Part shown: positions 54,502 to 64,000 of the stretch, one piece after another
How positions within the stretch are numbered: the stretch's first letter is position 1
How the letters are laid out: every line of letters begins with the position of its first letter
From: a virus
Strand: one strand, 5' to 3'
IMG/VR virus record: IMGVR_UViG_3300044816_000098
Coordinates: 32,001 to 96,000 of that record
DNA length: 64,000 nt
The notes under the pieces: model-generated
The model's database searches: none
Seen by the model: the letters and a program-made list of their open reading frames with translations, nothing else
What the model was told of the DNA's origin: nothing
Program-made: the position numbers and the translations under genes

Positions 54502-54783
54502 GTGGACAACCTTGAGCAGACCGCGTTACTTCATACCGTAGACCGTGTGCTCGTGGAGCGCGGCCAAGACCCGGACATCATCACCGAGGGCGACAAGTTC
54601 AGCATCGCGGCCCAGTGCGTACAGCTCTGCGCCCTCCAGCAGCACTTGCTGAAGAAGGCCGTCGAACGGCTGGCGGAGGCGCTGGGGGCAGACCCGGGCC
54701 TGCCGCTGGAGGAACTGGTCGTGGATGTCGCGATCATCGTCAAGGAGAGGAGGATGCCGCGTGAGCGAGGTATGGATCACTGA
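54502..54783 (+). CDS. hypothetical protein
   Basis: GGAGG RBS before GTG. Confidence 0.65.
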   Translation: MDNLEQTALLHTVDRVLVERGQDPDIITEGDKFSIAAQCVQLCALQQHLLKKAVERLAEALGADPGLPLEELVVDVAIIVKERRMPRERGMDH

Positions 54784-55018
54784 CATCGGGGACAACGACC
54801 GCACCGTGGCCCCTCCTCTGCGGGGGCACACCGTGGCGGGGACCATCATCGGGGAGCCCGACACCGAGTGGACCAAGCTGTCGCTGATCGGCATCGACTA
54901 CGAGGCCAGGAACGGCGAGACCGCGCCTGTGCACGTCTGGGTGCGGACCGACAAGATCCGCCCGGCCCGGGATCAGCGTGAGGTCGACCGGCTGGTACGG
55001 GAGTGGCGTGATGGATGA
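54761..55018 (+). CDS. hypothetical protein
   Basis: GGAGG RBS. Confidence 0.65.
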   Translation: MSEVWITDIGDNDRTVAPPLRGHTVAGTIIGEPDTEWTKLSLIGIDYEARNGETAPVHVWVRTDKIRPARDQREVDRLVREWRDG

Positions 55019-55214
55019 GCTGTGTGGGGACACGCACCCCGAGGACGTCACGGTCCTGTGCGACAAGCCCGCGCCGTGCTGGGAGTATCACGCGAACGCT
55101 CTTGCCCATATGACGTGGCCGGGCACACCGCTGCCCCCTACGCCTGTGTCCGCTCGTTCCACGGGGTCGGTGAAGGGTCAGCTCGCCCTCATGGCACAGC
55201 GCGCACAGAGGTAG
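55011..55214 (+). CDS. small Cys/His protein
   Basis: CGDTH..CDKPAPCWEYH. Confidence 0.55.
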   Translation: MDELCGDTHPEDVTVLCDKPAPCWEYHANALAHMTWPGTPLPPTPVSARSTGSVKGQLALMAQRAQR

Positions 55215-55321
55215 ATTCGTCCCTGAGCGAGGGCGGATCCGAGATGGACGGCAACAGTCCGGCGACTGTGTGCATCTTGGACCGCCCTCGCTTGCTGTTT
55301 CCCGCCAGAGAGGATTTTAAA

Positions 55322-55864
55322 ATGCCATTGGTCGATCACGAGATCAGCACAGAGATCCGGCTGAACAACCTGGGGATCACCCCGTTCCGTTCCGAGCAGC
55401 TCCAGCCCGCTTCGTACGACCTGAGGTTGGGGGCAGAGGTACGGGTGCCCCGCAAGACCGTCCAGAAGATCAACTTCTTCGACGGGAGCTGGCCGCACGA
55501 ATACACCGACAAGCAGCCGACGGACGACACCATGATCGCTCCCGGAGGATTCCTCCTGGGCACCACGATGGAGTACATCGAACTGCCGAGCGACATGGTT
55601 GCCCGGGTGGAGGGGAAGTCCTCCCTCGGCCGCGTGGGTCTGGCCGTGCACGTCACCGCCGGGTTCGTCGACCCCGGCTTCCGGGGAGAGATCACCTTGG
55701 AGATCGCCAACCTGGCTCCGTGGTCCATCGAGCTGGCCGAGGGGATGAAGATCGGTCAGATCGTCTTCGAGCGGACGAACACCCCGCTTCGCGACTACTC
55801 GGAGACCGGCCGGTATCAGGGACAGGTCGGCGTCACGGAGTCGCTCTACAGCCCCTGGGGTTGA
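55322..55864 (+). CDS. dcd: dCTP deaminase
   Basis: QPASYDLRL, EGKSSLGRVGL, TAGFVDPGFRGEITLE, YQGQ. Confidence 0.92.
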   Translation: MPLVDHEISTEIRLNNLGITPFRSEQLQPASYDLRLGAEVRVPRKTVQKINFFDGSWPHEYTDKQPTDDTMIAPGGFLLGTTMEYIELPSDMVARVEGKSSLGRVGLAVHVTAGFVDPGFRGEITLEIANLAPWSIELAEGMKIGQIVFERTNTPLRDYSETGRYQGQVGVTESLYSPWG

Positions 55865-56024
55865 CAGGACCGTTTTCAACTATCACCCTGACGCAATCAC
55901 GGATCCCCTCTGTGCCCCCACTCCAGCCCCCTCCTGTGACCCCCAGGAGGGGGCTGGAGTGCGTTTCGGGCCCGATGTTGCTGTCCCTGCCCAGACAGCG
56001 CCCGAGAAGAGGTGAGGAGGACGG

Positions 56025-58493
56025 ATGGACTTCGACGACGACGACTACCGCGAGCTGTTGGCCTTGTGGGGACAGCAGCCTGGTGCTCCGACTCAGGAGT
56101 CCATGCGGAATCGGCACACCAAGGTGCGGGTCAATCCTTCGCGAGACGATTTGAAGGTGCGGCGGAGGAACAACCGTCGTACCGCCACCGACACCTTCAA
56201 CGCAGGAGGAGATGTGCAGACCCGCGCCGAACTCCGTGCCTCGCTCACCAAGGCTTCGAGCCTGGCTGAGCAGGCGCGACTTCTGGACGAGATCGCCAAG
56301 CTCGACAGCACCAAGCTGGTCACGACCGCGCAGTCCCGGGAACTGGACTTCGCGAACACCGTGGTCAACGAGACCATGGCGCCCGTCCGGGTACACGAGC
56401 ACCACACCGCCGCCACGGACTGGATGGGCTACGACGAGCCTCAGCACACCGACTGGCAGAACCGTGTGGTCGCCGAGGCCGCCATGTGGCACTCCCGGGT
56501 GCCGGAGATGGTCAAGGCCGACGCCACCGAGTACACGATCCAGGCCGAGGGCAAGGCCCAGCAGTTCGCGGGCCAGTTCGGGATCCAGGCGCACGCGGCG
56601 AAGCTCACCTTCGTCCAGTACGCCACGTTCCTGCGCACCCAGGCCGCGTCCGGACTGGACCAGATCCAGCAGACCGTGGACCCGCACGACAACCCGAAGA
56701 CCACTCCGCTCAACCCCGAGGTCTTCGACAACTTCGCTCCGGACGTCGACCCGGTCAACGCGGGCGTCTCCGGTACCGAGGACTCGAACCGCAACCCGCT
56801 CCTCCAGGAGATCATGTCCGGCGGCTCGGGAGCGGACTCCGGTGCCCCGGAGAAGCCCTCCGAGCACGACGAGCAGGACAACCTGTCCTGGAACCCTCCG
56901 GAGGGCATGCAGGGCGATTCCACGCCCCCGCGTACGGCGTCGCTGATGCCGCACCGCTCCATGGCGATCGGCGGCAGCGCCTTCACCATGGACGACTTCC
57001 GTCGCCAGGCTGCGGCCCAGGCGGGTGGTCAGGGAAAAGCTGAAGGCGGTGCTTCGCCCGTCGTGGTGAAGACGGCCGCCAAGTGCAAGGACTGCAAGTG
57101 CGAGCTGTCTTCCCAGAACAAGGGGTCGACCGGCAAGGGCCTGTGCTCGAACTGTGAAGGGCGCAAGGGCGGTACCACTGCGGCGAAGGAAGCGGCCTCC
57201 GGGCTCGACCAGATCCAGCAGACGGTGGATCCCCACGACAACCCGAAGCCGACCGGCCTCCCGCCGGAGGTGGCCTTCCCCCTGGACGACGAGTTCCAGC
57301 AGGAATGGAACACCAACGGCTCCGGTGACGCCCAGCCGACCGGCAAGTCCGCCGGTCGCAAGGAGGACGCGGCGGCTGCGGCCAAGGCGAAGTCCGATGC
57401 TGCGGCGAAGAACATGAACGACAAGGTCGATCGGCTCATCGGTCCCGACCGGTCCCGTCCGGCCCAGACGGTCTGCCAGTCGTGCCAGAGGAACGCAGTG
57501 GAGGACCCCACCTCCAAGATCTGCAACTCCTGCCAGTCCCGGACCCGGCCGTACTACGCCTCGGTGCCGAAGCAGGCGGACATGTTCGGGGCCAGCGACG
57601 ACCCGCACGCCGTTCCTCAGCCGAACGTGGCCAACACCCCGGCCACCACGCCCCCGAACGCCACCGGCAGCTCTGCCGAGGGCCGTGCCGCCGGTGCTGC
57701 CGACGCACGCGCGGGGGAGCGTCCGAGTTTTGCCGACGGCTCCGGCGCCAACCCGTACGCGCAGGGTTACTCCGAGGGCTATTCGAGCGTGGACCAGAGC
57801 GCCGGGCTCCCGCAGAACGAGCCGGGCTCCATGGCCGGTCCGGGCAACGGTGTGACGCACGCGGCGAGCAAGACCTCGTCGATGATCGTCACCGCCGCCG
57901 AGCGGGAGGACCCCGACTTCAAGAAGGGGTACGGCTACGCGTCCCGGTGGAAGCCGGGCACCGTGCTGGTCTCCACCGGCTCCGCGTCCTTCGAGGCGGG
58001 CCTGTACGCGGGGATCTCCGACAACCCGGAGCACCAGCGGGCCTTCGTCACCGCTCACCGTGGCCTGGCCGCCGAGCACCCGAAGCTGGGCACCCGGGTA
58101 AACCGCCACAAGCAGCTCACCCAGCGGATCGCCATCAAGAACGAGGTGCCGACCAATGGTCTGTACCTTTCGGCATCCACCAGCGTTGACATGAACACCA
58201 TGGCGCCGAACACCACCCCGGCGGCGGATGGCTCCACCCCGATCAACGGACCCGGCCGCCCCGGACCCCTGGACGGCCAGCAGGACGCCGCCACTGCGGG
58301 AGGACCGGCTCCGTACAACGGCGCCGAGCCCTTCGGTACGCCGGTGGTCCCCACGGCCGGACAGACACCGCCCAGCCCGGCGGACGCACTGATCGGCGGT
58401 GGTGGCATGTCGACCACTCAGCAGGTCCAGGCATTCCGCAGGATCGTCCAGGCGAATCTTCTCGCCGAGCGCAAGCAGGGGAGTGAGATTTAA
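56025..58493 (+). CDS. large modular protein, probably virion-associated
   Basis: 822 aa; GAGGAGG RBS; internal 19-aa repeat; two CxxC modules. Confidence 0.8.
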   Translation: MDFDDDDYRELLALWGQQPGAPTQESMRNRHTKVRVNPSRDDLKVRRRNNRRTATDTFNAGGDVQTRAELRASLTKASSLAEQARLLDEIAKLDSTKLVTTAQSRELDFANTVVNETMAPVRVHEHHTAATDWMGYDEPQHTDWQNRVVAEAAMWHSRVPEMVKADATEYTIQAEGKAQQFAGQFGIQAHAAKLTFVQYATFLRTQAASGLDQIQQTVDPHDNPKTTPLNPEVFDNFAPDVDPVNAGVSGTEDSNRNPLLQEIMSGGSGADSGAPEKPSEHDEQDNLSWNPPEGMQGDSTPPRTASLMPHRSMAIGGSAFTMDDFRRQAAAQAGGQGKAEGGASPVVVKTAAKCKDCKCELSSQNKGSTGKGLCSNCEGRKGGTTAAKEAASGLDQIQQTVDPHDNPKPTGLPPEVAFPLDDEFQQEWNTNGSGDAQPTGKSAGRKEDAAAAAKAKSDAAAKNMNDKVDRLIGPDRSRPAQTVCQSCQRNAVEDPTSKICNSCQSRTRPYYASVPKQADMFGASDDPHAVPQPNVANTPATTPPNATGSSAEGRAAGAADARAGERPSFADGSGANPYAQGYSEGYSSVDQSAGLPQNEPGSMAGPGNGVTHAASKTSSMIVTAAEREDPDFKKGYGYASRWKPGTVLVSTGSASFEAGLYAGISDNPEHQRAFVTAHRGLAAEHPKLGTRVNRHKQLTQRIAIKNEVPTNGLYLSASTSVDMNTMAPNTTPAADGSTPINGPGRPGPLDGQQDAATAGGPAPYNGAEPFGTPVVPTAGQTPPSPADALIGGGGMSTTQQVQAFRRIVQANLLAERKQGSEI

Positions 58494-58495
58494 AA

Positions 58496-59782
58496 ATGAC
58501 GGATCTGTGGACCGAGGCATCTCGGGACCTGGAGAGCGAGGGGCGTCAGCACGCCCTGGAGATGGCCAAGCATGCGTCCAGCGGCATCTGGGGGTTCCTC
58601 GCGCAGGCGCAGAGCCCGGTGGAGTACGCGGACCGGCTCGACCTCGCTCAGAACCAGATCGCGGCGGTGGCGTCTTCGACCGGCGCCCCGCTGGAGGACA
58701 TCCTCGCCGTCTTCGAGCAGCGGTTCGCCCTGCTCCACGAGGCCGACAAGAACCCCTTCGGTGACGATGACTCCGACAAGGACGACTCGGACGACGACGG
58801 GGACGGCAACGACGACGATGACGGCGCCAATGCCGACAAGGGTGACGAGACGGACTCGGGTGGTGACACCGACGATTCCGATGACTCGGACACCAACGAC
58901 GACGACGACGACGACTCGGATGACGACGGGGATGACGACTCCGACGACAAGGGCGACAAGGGCGACAAGGACCAGGACGACCCTGGCGTGAGCGACGACG
59001 GAAGTGACGGCTCCGCGCCGTTCCCGCCGTTCAAGAGTTCGGCCCGGTACGCGAACCTCCTGAGCCGCATCGAGTCCGGCGAGAACCCCATGAGCTGGGG
59101 TGGGAGCGCCCCTTTCGTCAGCAGCCCTAGCCGCAAGACAGCGGCCGGGGCGATCGACGACACCGTGTCCGACTCCAACGTCCCTCAGGACACCGGAATG
59201 GACGAGGGGCCCTCTGCGGGCATGGGAATGCCTGCTGCACTGCCGGAGACCACCAAGCCCCGCCAGCTCCCTGCCGGGGGCACGGAGGGGCTGGACACCG
59301 GCGGGGGAGAGCCTTTGGATCCCGCGCTCAACGGCGGGGACATCGGTGCGGGTGCGGACAGCCCTCCGGACACCCAGCGGGAAGCGGCTCTGTCGCTGAT
59401 CGTCAAGGAGGTCCAGCGGTACAACCCGGGCCTGTCCAACCAGCAATGCGCCAAGGTCGCCTTCCAGGTGATGTCCCGTTACCTGAGTAAGCAGGCCGAG
59501 GACCTCTCCCCGCTGCTGTACGGCGACCGGGGCGCGGTGCCGGACGGACCGGTCACCGACGCGGTCAAGAAGTGGCAGCCGCCGGACCCGAAGGTTCCCG
59601 GCGCCCCCAAGGGCGGCGGTACGGGCACGGAAGCGCCTGGTGGTGGCGGAGGGATGCCGGGAGGCCCCAAGGCCCTCATGGGCGGCGGTGAGGCCGCCGG
59701 TGCCGCTGGCGCGGGAGAAGCGGCCGGTGCCGCCACGATGGGCGCCGAGGTCGCAGAACTCGCACCCCTGCTGCTGCTGTAG
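58496..59782 (+). CDS. protein with long Asp-rich tract, probably virion-associated
   Basis: 428 aa; about 80-aa D/G/S tract; Gly/Ala tail. Confidence 0.8.
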   Translation: MTDLWTEASRDLESEGRQHALEMAKHASSGIWGFLAQAQSPVEYADRLDLAQNQIAAVASSTGAPLEDILAVFEQRFALLHEADKNPFGDDDSDKDDSDDDGDGNDDDDGANADKGDETDSGGDTDDSDDSDTNDDDDDDSDDDGDDDSDDKGDKGDKDQDDPGVSDDGSDGSAPFPPFKSSARYANLLSRIESGENPMSWGGSAPFVSSPSRKTAAGAIDDTVSDSNVPQDTGMDEGPSAGMGMPAALPETTKPRQLPAGGTEGLDTGGGEPLDPALNGGDIGAGADSPPDTQREAALSLIVKEVQRYNPGLSNQQCAKVAFQVMSRYLSKQAEDLSPLLYGDRGAVPDGPVTDAVKKWQPPDPKVPGAPKGGGTGTEAPGGGGGMPGGPKALMGGGEAAGAAGAGEAAGAATMGAEVAELAPLLLL

Positions 59783-59789
59783 GAGAAGC

Positions 59790-60275
59790 ATGATCCAGGA
59801 CGGCTGCCGGGTGACGTATACCGGCCTCGGGGAGCACCCGCTCGCCTTTGACGACCAGGGAACGGTCCTGGTCGTCTCCGGCACCGCCGCTCACGTCCAG
59901 TGGCGGACGGGTGCTCTCAAGGGCGGGGTATCCCTTGTGGATACCAGGGATCTCGATCCCGTCTCCGGCAGCCGTCCACAGGCTGTGGAAAACGCTCTGG
60001 ACGACTCTCTGGACATCGCGGGACTGGGTACCTTCACCGCCCGCCAGATCTACGACGAGGGTGGCTCCGAGGCCCTGCTTAACGCCATGGTGGAGTCCGG
60101 CCACCTGTCGTCCTTCGGCAGCATCGCCGAGGAGGCCCTGACGCTCGTCGAAGGGCGTATCAGGGCCTCTGCGGACTTCCATGCCGTGACCAGCCATCTG
60201 GACGAGACCGAAGCCGATGAGCTGGTGCGTATGGCATCAGCCGCGCTGATCCGGGACGCCTTCAGCCCGGACTGA
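59790..60275 (+). CDS. hypothetical protein
   Basis: AGGAG RBS. Confidence 0.75.
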   Translation: MIQDGCRVTYTGLGEHPLAFDDQGTVLVVSGTAAHVQWRTGALKGGVSLVDTRDLDPVSGSRPQAVENALDDSLDIAGLGTFTARQIYDEGGSEALLNAMVESGHLSSFGSIAEEALTLVEGRIRASADFHAVTSHLDETEADELVRMASAALIRDAFSPD

Positions 60276-60318
60276 TGTCCACCCCTTCACATCTCCCCGG
60301 AAGAGGTGGAGGTGGGTC

Positions 60319-63300
60319 GTGGCCAACAGGACATGCGAACGGTGCGGGGGAAAGGCATCCCCGTGGATCCCGCGCAAGCGGAGCACCCAGGGGCAGATGC
60401 TCTGTGACGGGTGCACCCAGGTCGTGGCCCGGGAGCGTGTGTCCGCGAGGACCGCGAGCACGGATCCGGTGGAGGACCGCCAGCCCGCCGGGAGTGCTAC
60501 CTCGGACTTCGGCTGGGACAACGACCTCGGGCCGGAGGGTGTCCATCCCCTCATGGCCCCGCTGCCGAACTCCATGTGGGAGCGCTTCTCCAAGAAGCAG
60601 GAGCTGCGCGGCAAGCCCCTGGTGCCCATGGCGAGCCAGATCAAGATCAACCAGAAGATGCGCGGCGAGAGCGGGGGTAAGACCGCCGCGCTCAAGACGG
60701 CGGACAAGGACCTCTCTCACAACGCGCATACGGTGACCCCGGGCAAGGTGATGACCAAGCACCTTGAGGAACACCACGATCTGCCTTACGCAGAGGCGTA
60801 TGTCCATGGTTACGGCGCGAGCAAGCACCTGGAGCTGCACAACTCCGGCGCCGATCACACCCATGACCCCTCTGGCGCCGTGGTGCCCAATGCTCCTCAT
60901 GCACACACGAAGATGTCCGAGAAGGAGTTGGACTCCCACCTCACGGAGCACCACGGTCTGCCCGCCGCCTCGGTGAAGACGCTGAAGAATTTCCTGAACC
61001 CGGGACAGACCATGCATGGCCTGCATGCCGGGTACCACGAGGACCCCAATTCACCTGCTGCCCCCACGATCTCTCACAAGCACTCTGGAGAGGACTTCAG
61101 CAGCTCTCCTGAGGTCAACGGGAAGAAGCAGTCTCCTCACCCCGGCTCGATGACGTCCGGCGGTCTGAAGGCCCACCTGCTGGCCGACCACGACATGCCC
61201 GGCGACCACATCGCCAACGCGATCGACGCCACCGCCAAGGGCGCGATGCCGATCGAGACCATGAAGGCCCTGCACGACAAGGCGCACTCCCAGGGCATTG
61301 GGGTCGACAGTCACGAGCACGCCGAGGGGTGGGACCACCAGAGCTTCGTTCACCAGGACCCGCACGGGGTGGACGAGCACCTCGGACACCTCAAGCACGC
61401 CCACGGCATCGGGGACGAGGAGCTGGCCCAGAAGGCCGAGGCGTCCGGCGGGGACCCGGAGCTGCACCACCAGAAGCTGAAGGAACTCCACTACGACCTG
61501 CACGACCATGACGCCGGGTCGTACATCAAGCACGGGGCCCCGAACCACACGCACAGCGGGCACTCGGATGTGGGCCAGGCTTTCCTCGGAAGCAAGGGTG
61601 GGGATAGCGAGTACGAAAGTGGGGCGCATCTTCAGCATTCGCATGGACTGTTGGTGAAGGACCTCACCGATATCACCAAGTCGGAGCCCGACTACATCTC
61701 CCCGCAGCAGGCGTACGAGACGGCCCACGCGGCCCTCCACGCCAAGATGGGGGAGAACGTCGATCACCAGCACGTGCCGACGATCAAGGAGGGGGTGAAG
61801 ACCCCCGAGAAGATCGCCAAGGAGAAGATGGTCCAGCACTTCAAGGACCATCACCCTGAGGTATCCGACCCCGACCACATGTCGGTGGGCAGTCATGCTT
61901 CTCTCCATGACCCAGAGGCGTGGGGCTACAAGGGCCACCCCGGTCACGAGCACGAGAACGGGTGGGCAGGGAAAGTCGTCAAGGCCCTTCCCACGGAGAA
62001 GTCAGGGAAGCCCCTCACGCACGCTCACGCGTCGGACATGAGCCACAAGCAGCTCAAGGGCCACTTGATCATCGCCCACAACAACACGGGCGACGATCTG
62101 CACCTGAAGTCGCACAGTGAGCTGTTGCAGCAGCACGCCACCGAGCACGCGACCGGCGCCGCCACGAACCCCTGGAACGAGGGAGAGAAGCTCCCCGCGC
62201 ACAACCACGGGATCTCGCAGAGCGGCCACGACGCCTTCGGGCGCAAGCTCTACGGTGGCGACGAGCCGGAGCCGAACGCCAAGATCCACCCGGCGGTCGA
62301 GGACGAATCCGGCGCGCTGGCGCACATCATTCAGCACCACCCCAACATCTCGGCAGAGACCTACGACACGTACAAGGGCGGGGACAACCCGCAGAAGTCG
62401 ATGCAGAACTTCCACGCGAAGCTGCATGCAGGGAACACGGGACTCCCTGCGGCCCCTGACGGGCACGAGCACGCCGAGAAGCAGGGTCCTTCGACGCACA
62501 TCCCCATCGGCTCCCACCTGGTCTCCCACCACGGGATGTCGCAGGAGCAGGTGGCCTCGATGTCGCCTGCGGAGTTCAAGGCCCACCACGAAGAGCTGCA
62601 CACCCGACATGAAGAGGCGGACCTCGGACACGGCCACATCACGCCGGGCGGCAAGGTCCGGGGACCCATCGACTCCGCAATCAACCCGCACCACGCGAAG
62701 ATGCGGGAGAACCCCGACCACCCTGCGGTCACCGAGTGGTACCACGGCACGAGCAACGACTTCGAGGGTCCGCCGAAGAACGCCACCGAGCTGATGGAAG
62801 ACCATTCTCAGTGGGGCAACTACGGCGGCGGTGACTGGAACAACCACGCCGGAACCCACTGGTCCTCGCTCCACGACATGGCGAGGAACTTCGGCAGCGG
62901 GGACAACCGGGTCGTCCACGCCAAGCTCCACATGAAGAACCCGATCACCTACAACTCGCTGAACCACATGTCCCACGACGCGTATGACCGTCTCCACGCG
63001 TCCGGCGACATGCAGGACGGCGGGGAGTTCCTGGGCAAGCACGACGACGACAACGGCTACAACGAGTGCTGCTCAAAGCCCCTGCTCCACTACGCCAAGG
63101 GCGGCCACCGCTCGGACGGCAAGTACGGCATGGAGCGGTACCGGGACTCCCTGCGGGCCTCCGGCCACGACGGGATCCTGGTCCGGAACCAGGCGGACGA
63201 CCCCTCTGGCCACTGGAACGCCATCCCGTTGCACGCGGACCAGGTGGAGATCACCCATGGGTCCTGCCATTTCGAGCACGGTGATGAGCGGGACAACGAC

Positions 63301-64000
63301 GTAGCCGAGTTCAACGCCAACAAGAAGAAGCTCACGGAGGGCTGGGAGCACCCCAAGCACTTCGACTCGATGGCCTACACCAAGGGCAAGCCGCTTCCGG
63401 ACGTTGACGACGTCACCGCCGCGCACGAGCGCAAGAAGCAGGCGCCGGAACCCACCCACATTCGGGAGGGCCGAGGAGAGCGCCGGGGTGACGCGAACCC
63501 TAATCTCAACGGCCGCGACCTCGGTGGTGGGGGTGGTGACGATGATGACGACTCCGACGAGGACGAAGAGCACTTCTGCTCGCACTGCGACGAGTACGGC
63601 GACCACACCTCTGACAACTGCGACAACAAGTGGTGCAAGGTCTGCGACACCCACACCTCCCACACGGCGGAGGAGGAGCACCCGTACTGCGATCACTGCG
63701 ACGACTACGCCGACCACGACTCCGATGACCACGAGGACGAGTGGGGAGAGCACCCCGACAAGATGAAGAACGAGGGCTACTGCCCTCATTGCGAGGAGTC
63801 GACCAAGCAGAACTACGGCGAGGACAAGTGCACCTCCTGCAACGAGAAGCTGCCCGACTGGGGCCACATGGCTTCGCACGGCACGCCGATCAAGAAGGGG
63901 CAGTACAACAAGTCCGGCCACTCCGCCATAAGCGGGACGAAGGTCGACGCCCTTGACGAGGACGAGGACCCCGAGGAGAACTCTCTCGGTTACGGGTCCG
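60319..64000 (+). CDS. giant His-rich polyvalent-type protein with ART-like domain (partial, runs off the window)
   Basis: GGAGG RBS, GTG start, frame 1 appears open to the end (>1200 aa); HLxxxHG repeats; WYHGT..HMKNPI..GHDGILVRN; CxxC/H modules. Confidence 0.8.
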   Translation, partial: MANRTCERCGGKASPWIPRKRSTQGQMLCDGCTQVVARERVSARTASTDPVEDRQPAGSATSDFGWDNDLGPEGVHPLMAPLPNSMWERFSKKQELRGKPLVPMASQIKINQKMRGESGGKTAALKTADKDLSHNAHTVTPGKVMTKHLEEHHDLPYAEAYVHGYGASKHLELHNSGADHTHDPSGAVVPNAPHAHTKMSEKELDSHLTEHHGLPAASVKTLKNFLNPGQTMHGLHAGYHEDPNSPAAPTISHKHSGEDFSSSPEVNGKKQSPHPGSMTSGGLKAHLLADHDMPGDHIANAIDATAKGAMPIETMKALHDKAHSQGIGVDSHEHAEGWDHQSFVHQDPHGVDEHLGHLKHAHGIGDEELAQKAEASGGDPELHHQKLKELHYDLHDHDAGSYIKHGAPNHTHSGHSDVGQAFLGSKGGDSEYESGAHLQHSHGLLVKDLTDITKSEPDYISPQQAYETAHAALHAKMGENVDHQHVPTIKEGVKTPEKIAKEKMVQHFKDHHPEVSDPDHMSVGSHASLHDPEAWGYKGHPGHEHENGWAGKVVKALPTEKSGKPLTHAHASDMSHKQLKGHLIIAHNNTGDDLHLKSHSELLQQHATEHATGAATNPWNEGEKLPAHNHGISQSGHDAFGRKLYGGDEPEPNAKIHPAVEDESGALAHIIQHHPNISAETYDTYKGGDNPQKSMQNFHAKLHAGNTGLPAAPDGHEHAEKQGPSTHIPIGSHLVSHHGMSQEQVASMSPAEFKAHHEELHTRHEEADLGHGHITPGGKVRGPIDSAINPHHAKMRENPDHPAVTEWYHGTSNDFEGPPKNATELMEDHSQWGNYGGGDWNNHAGTHWSSLHDMARNFGSGDNRVVHAKLHMKNPITYNSLNHMSHDAYDRLHASGDMQDGGEFLGKHDDDNGYNECCSKPLLHYAKGGHRSDGKYGMERYRDSLRASGHDGILVRNQADDPSGHWNAIPLHADQVEITHGSCHFEHGDERDNDVAEFNANKKKLTEGWEHPKHFDSMAYTKGKPLPDVDDVTAAHERKKQAPEPTHIREGRGERRGDANPNLNGRDLGGGGGDDDDDSDEDEEHFCSHCDEYGDHTSDNCDNKWCKVCDTHTSHTAEEEHPYCDHCDDYADHDSDDHEDEWGEHPDKMKNEGYCPHCEESTKQNYGEDKCTSCNEKLPDWGHMASHGTPIKKGQYNKSGHSAISGTKVDALDEDEDPEENSLGYGS

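Noticed and set aside
55833-58520. Long - strand ORFs (also 42900-44570, 10719-12134, 58490-59884, 28401-29501 and others) and + strand 52058-53542
   Set aside because: These are antisense shadows of real high-GC genes. They have no RBS and no recognisable motifs.
1-64000. Integrase, transposase, reverse transcriptase/DGR, intron or intein
   Set aside because: No such catalytic motifs or template/variable repeat pairs were recognised in the window.

Overview
A high-GC window, densely coded almost entirely on the + strand. It reads as part of a large actinobacterial phage, probably infecting Streptomyces (host inferred, not shown). From 1 to about 55 kb it holds more than 100 mostly small early/accessory genes. 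These are driven by about 27 copies of a sigma70-type promoter whose spacer is a palindromic operator. Recognisable products are an RNA ligase, a PNK-type 3'-phosphatase, Thg1, a nucleotidyltransferase, an HD hydrolase, a vWA protein, a hyaluronan-synthase-like GT2, NlpC/P60, HU, DUF2829/Tad2-like, RyR-domain and dCTP deaminase genes, plus tRNA-Leu(CAA). On the - strand is a Ro60/TROVE gene preceded by five different Y-RNA-like elements. From 56 kb come large, probably virion or injected proteins, including a His-rich giant ORF that runs off the window. The standout locus is 24.2-26.2 kb: a small Cas7/RAMP-like gene, an accessory wHTH/coiled-coil gene and eight non-coding units of GGY-NN pentamers, most closed by a hairpin. 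Read as NN-x-NN-x, one unit spells the ParA/MinD Walker A motif KGGAGKT. This points to an RNA-guided system with a gapped, wobble-skipping target code (VIPR-like). All family assignments come from motif recognition by eye; no database search was run.
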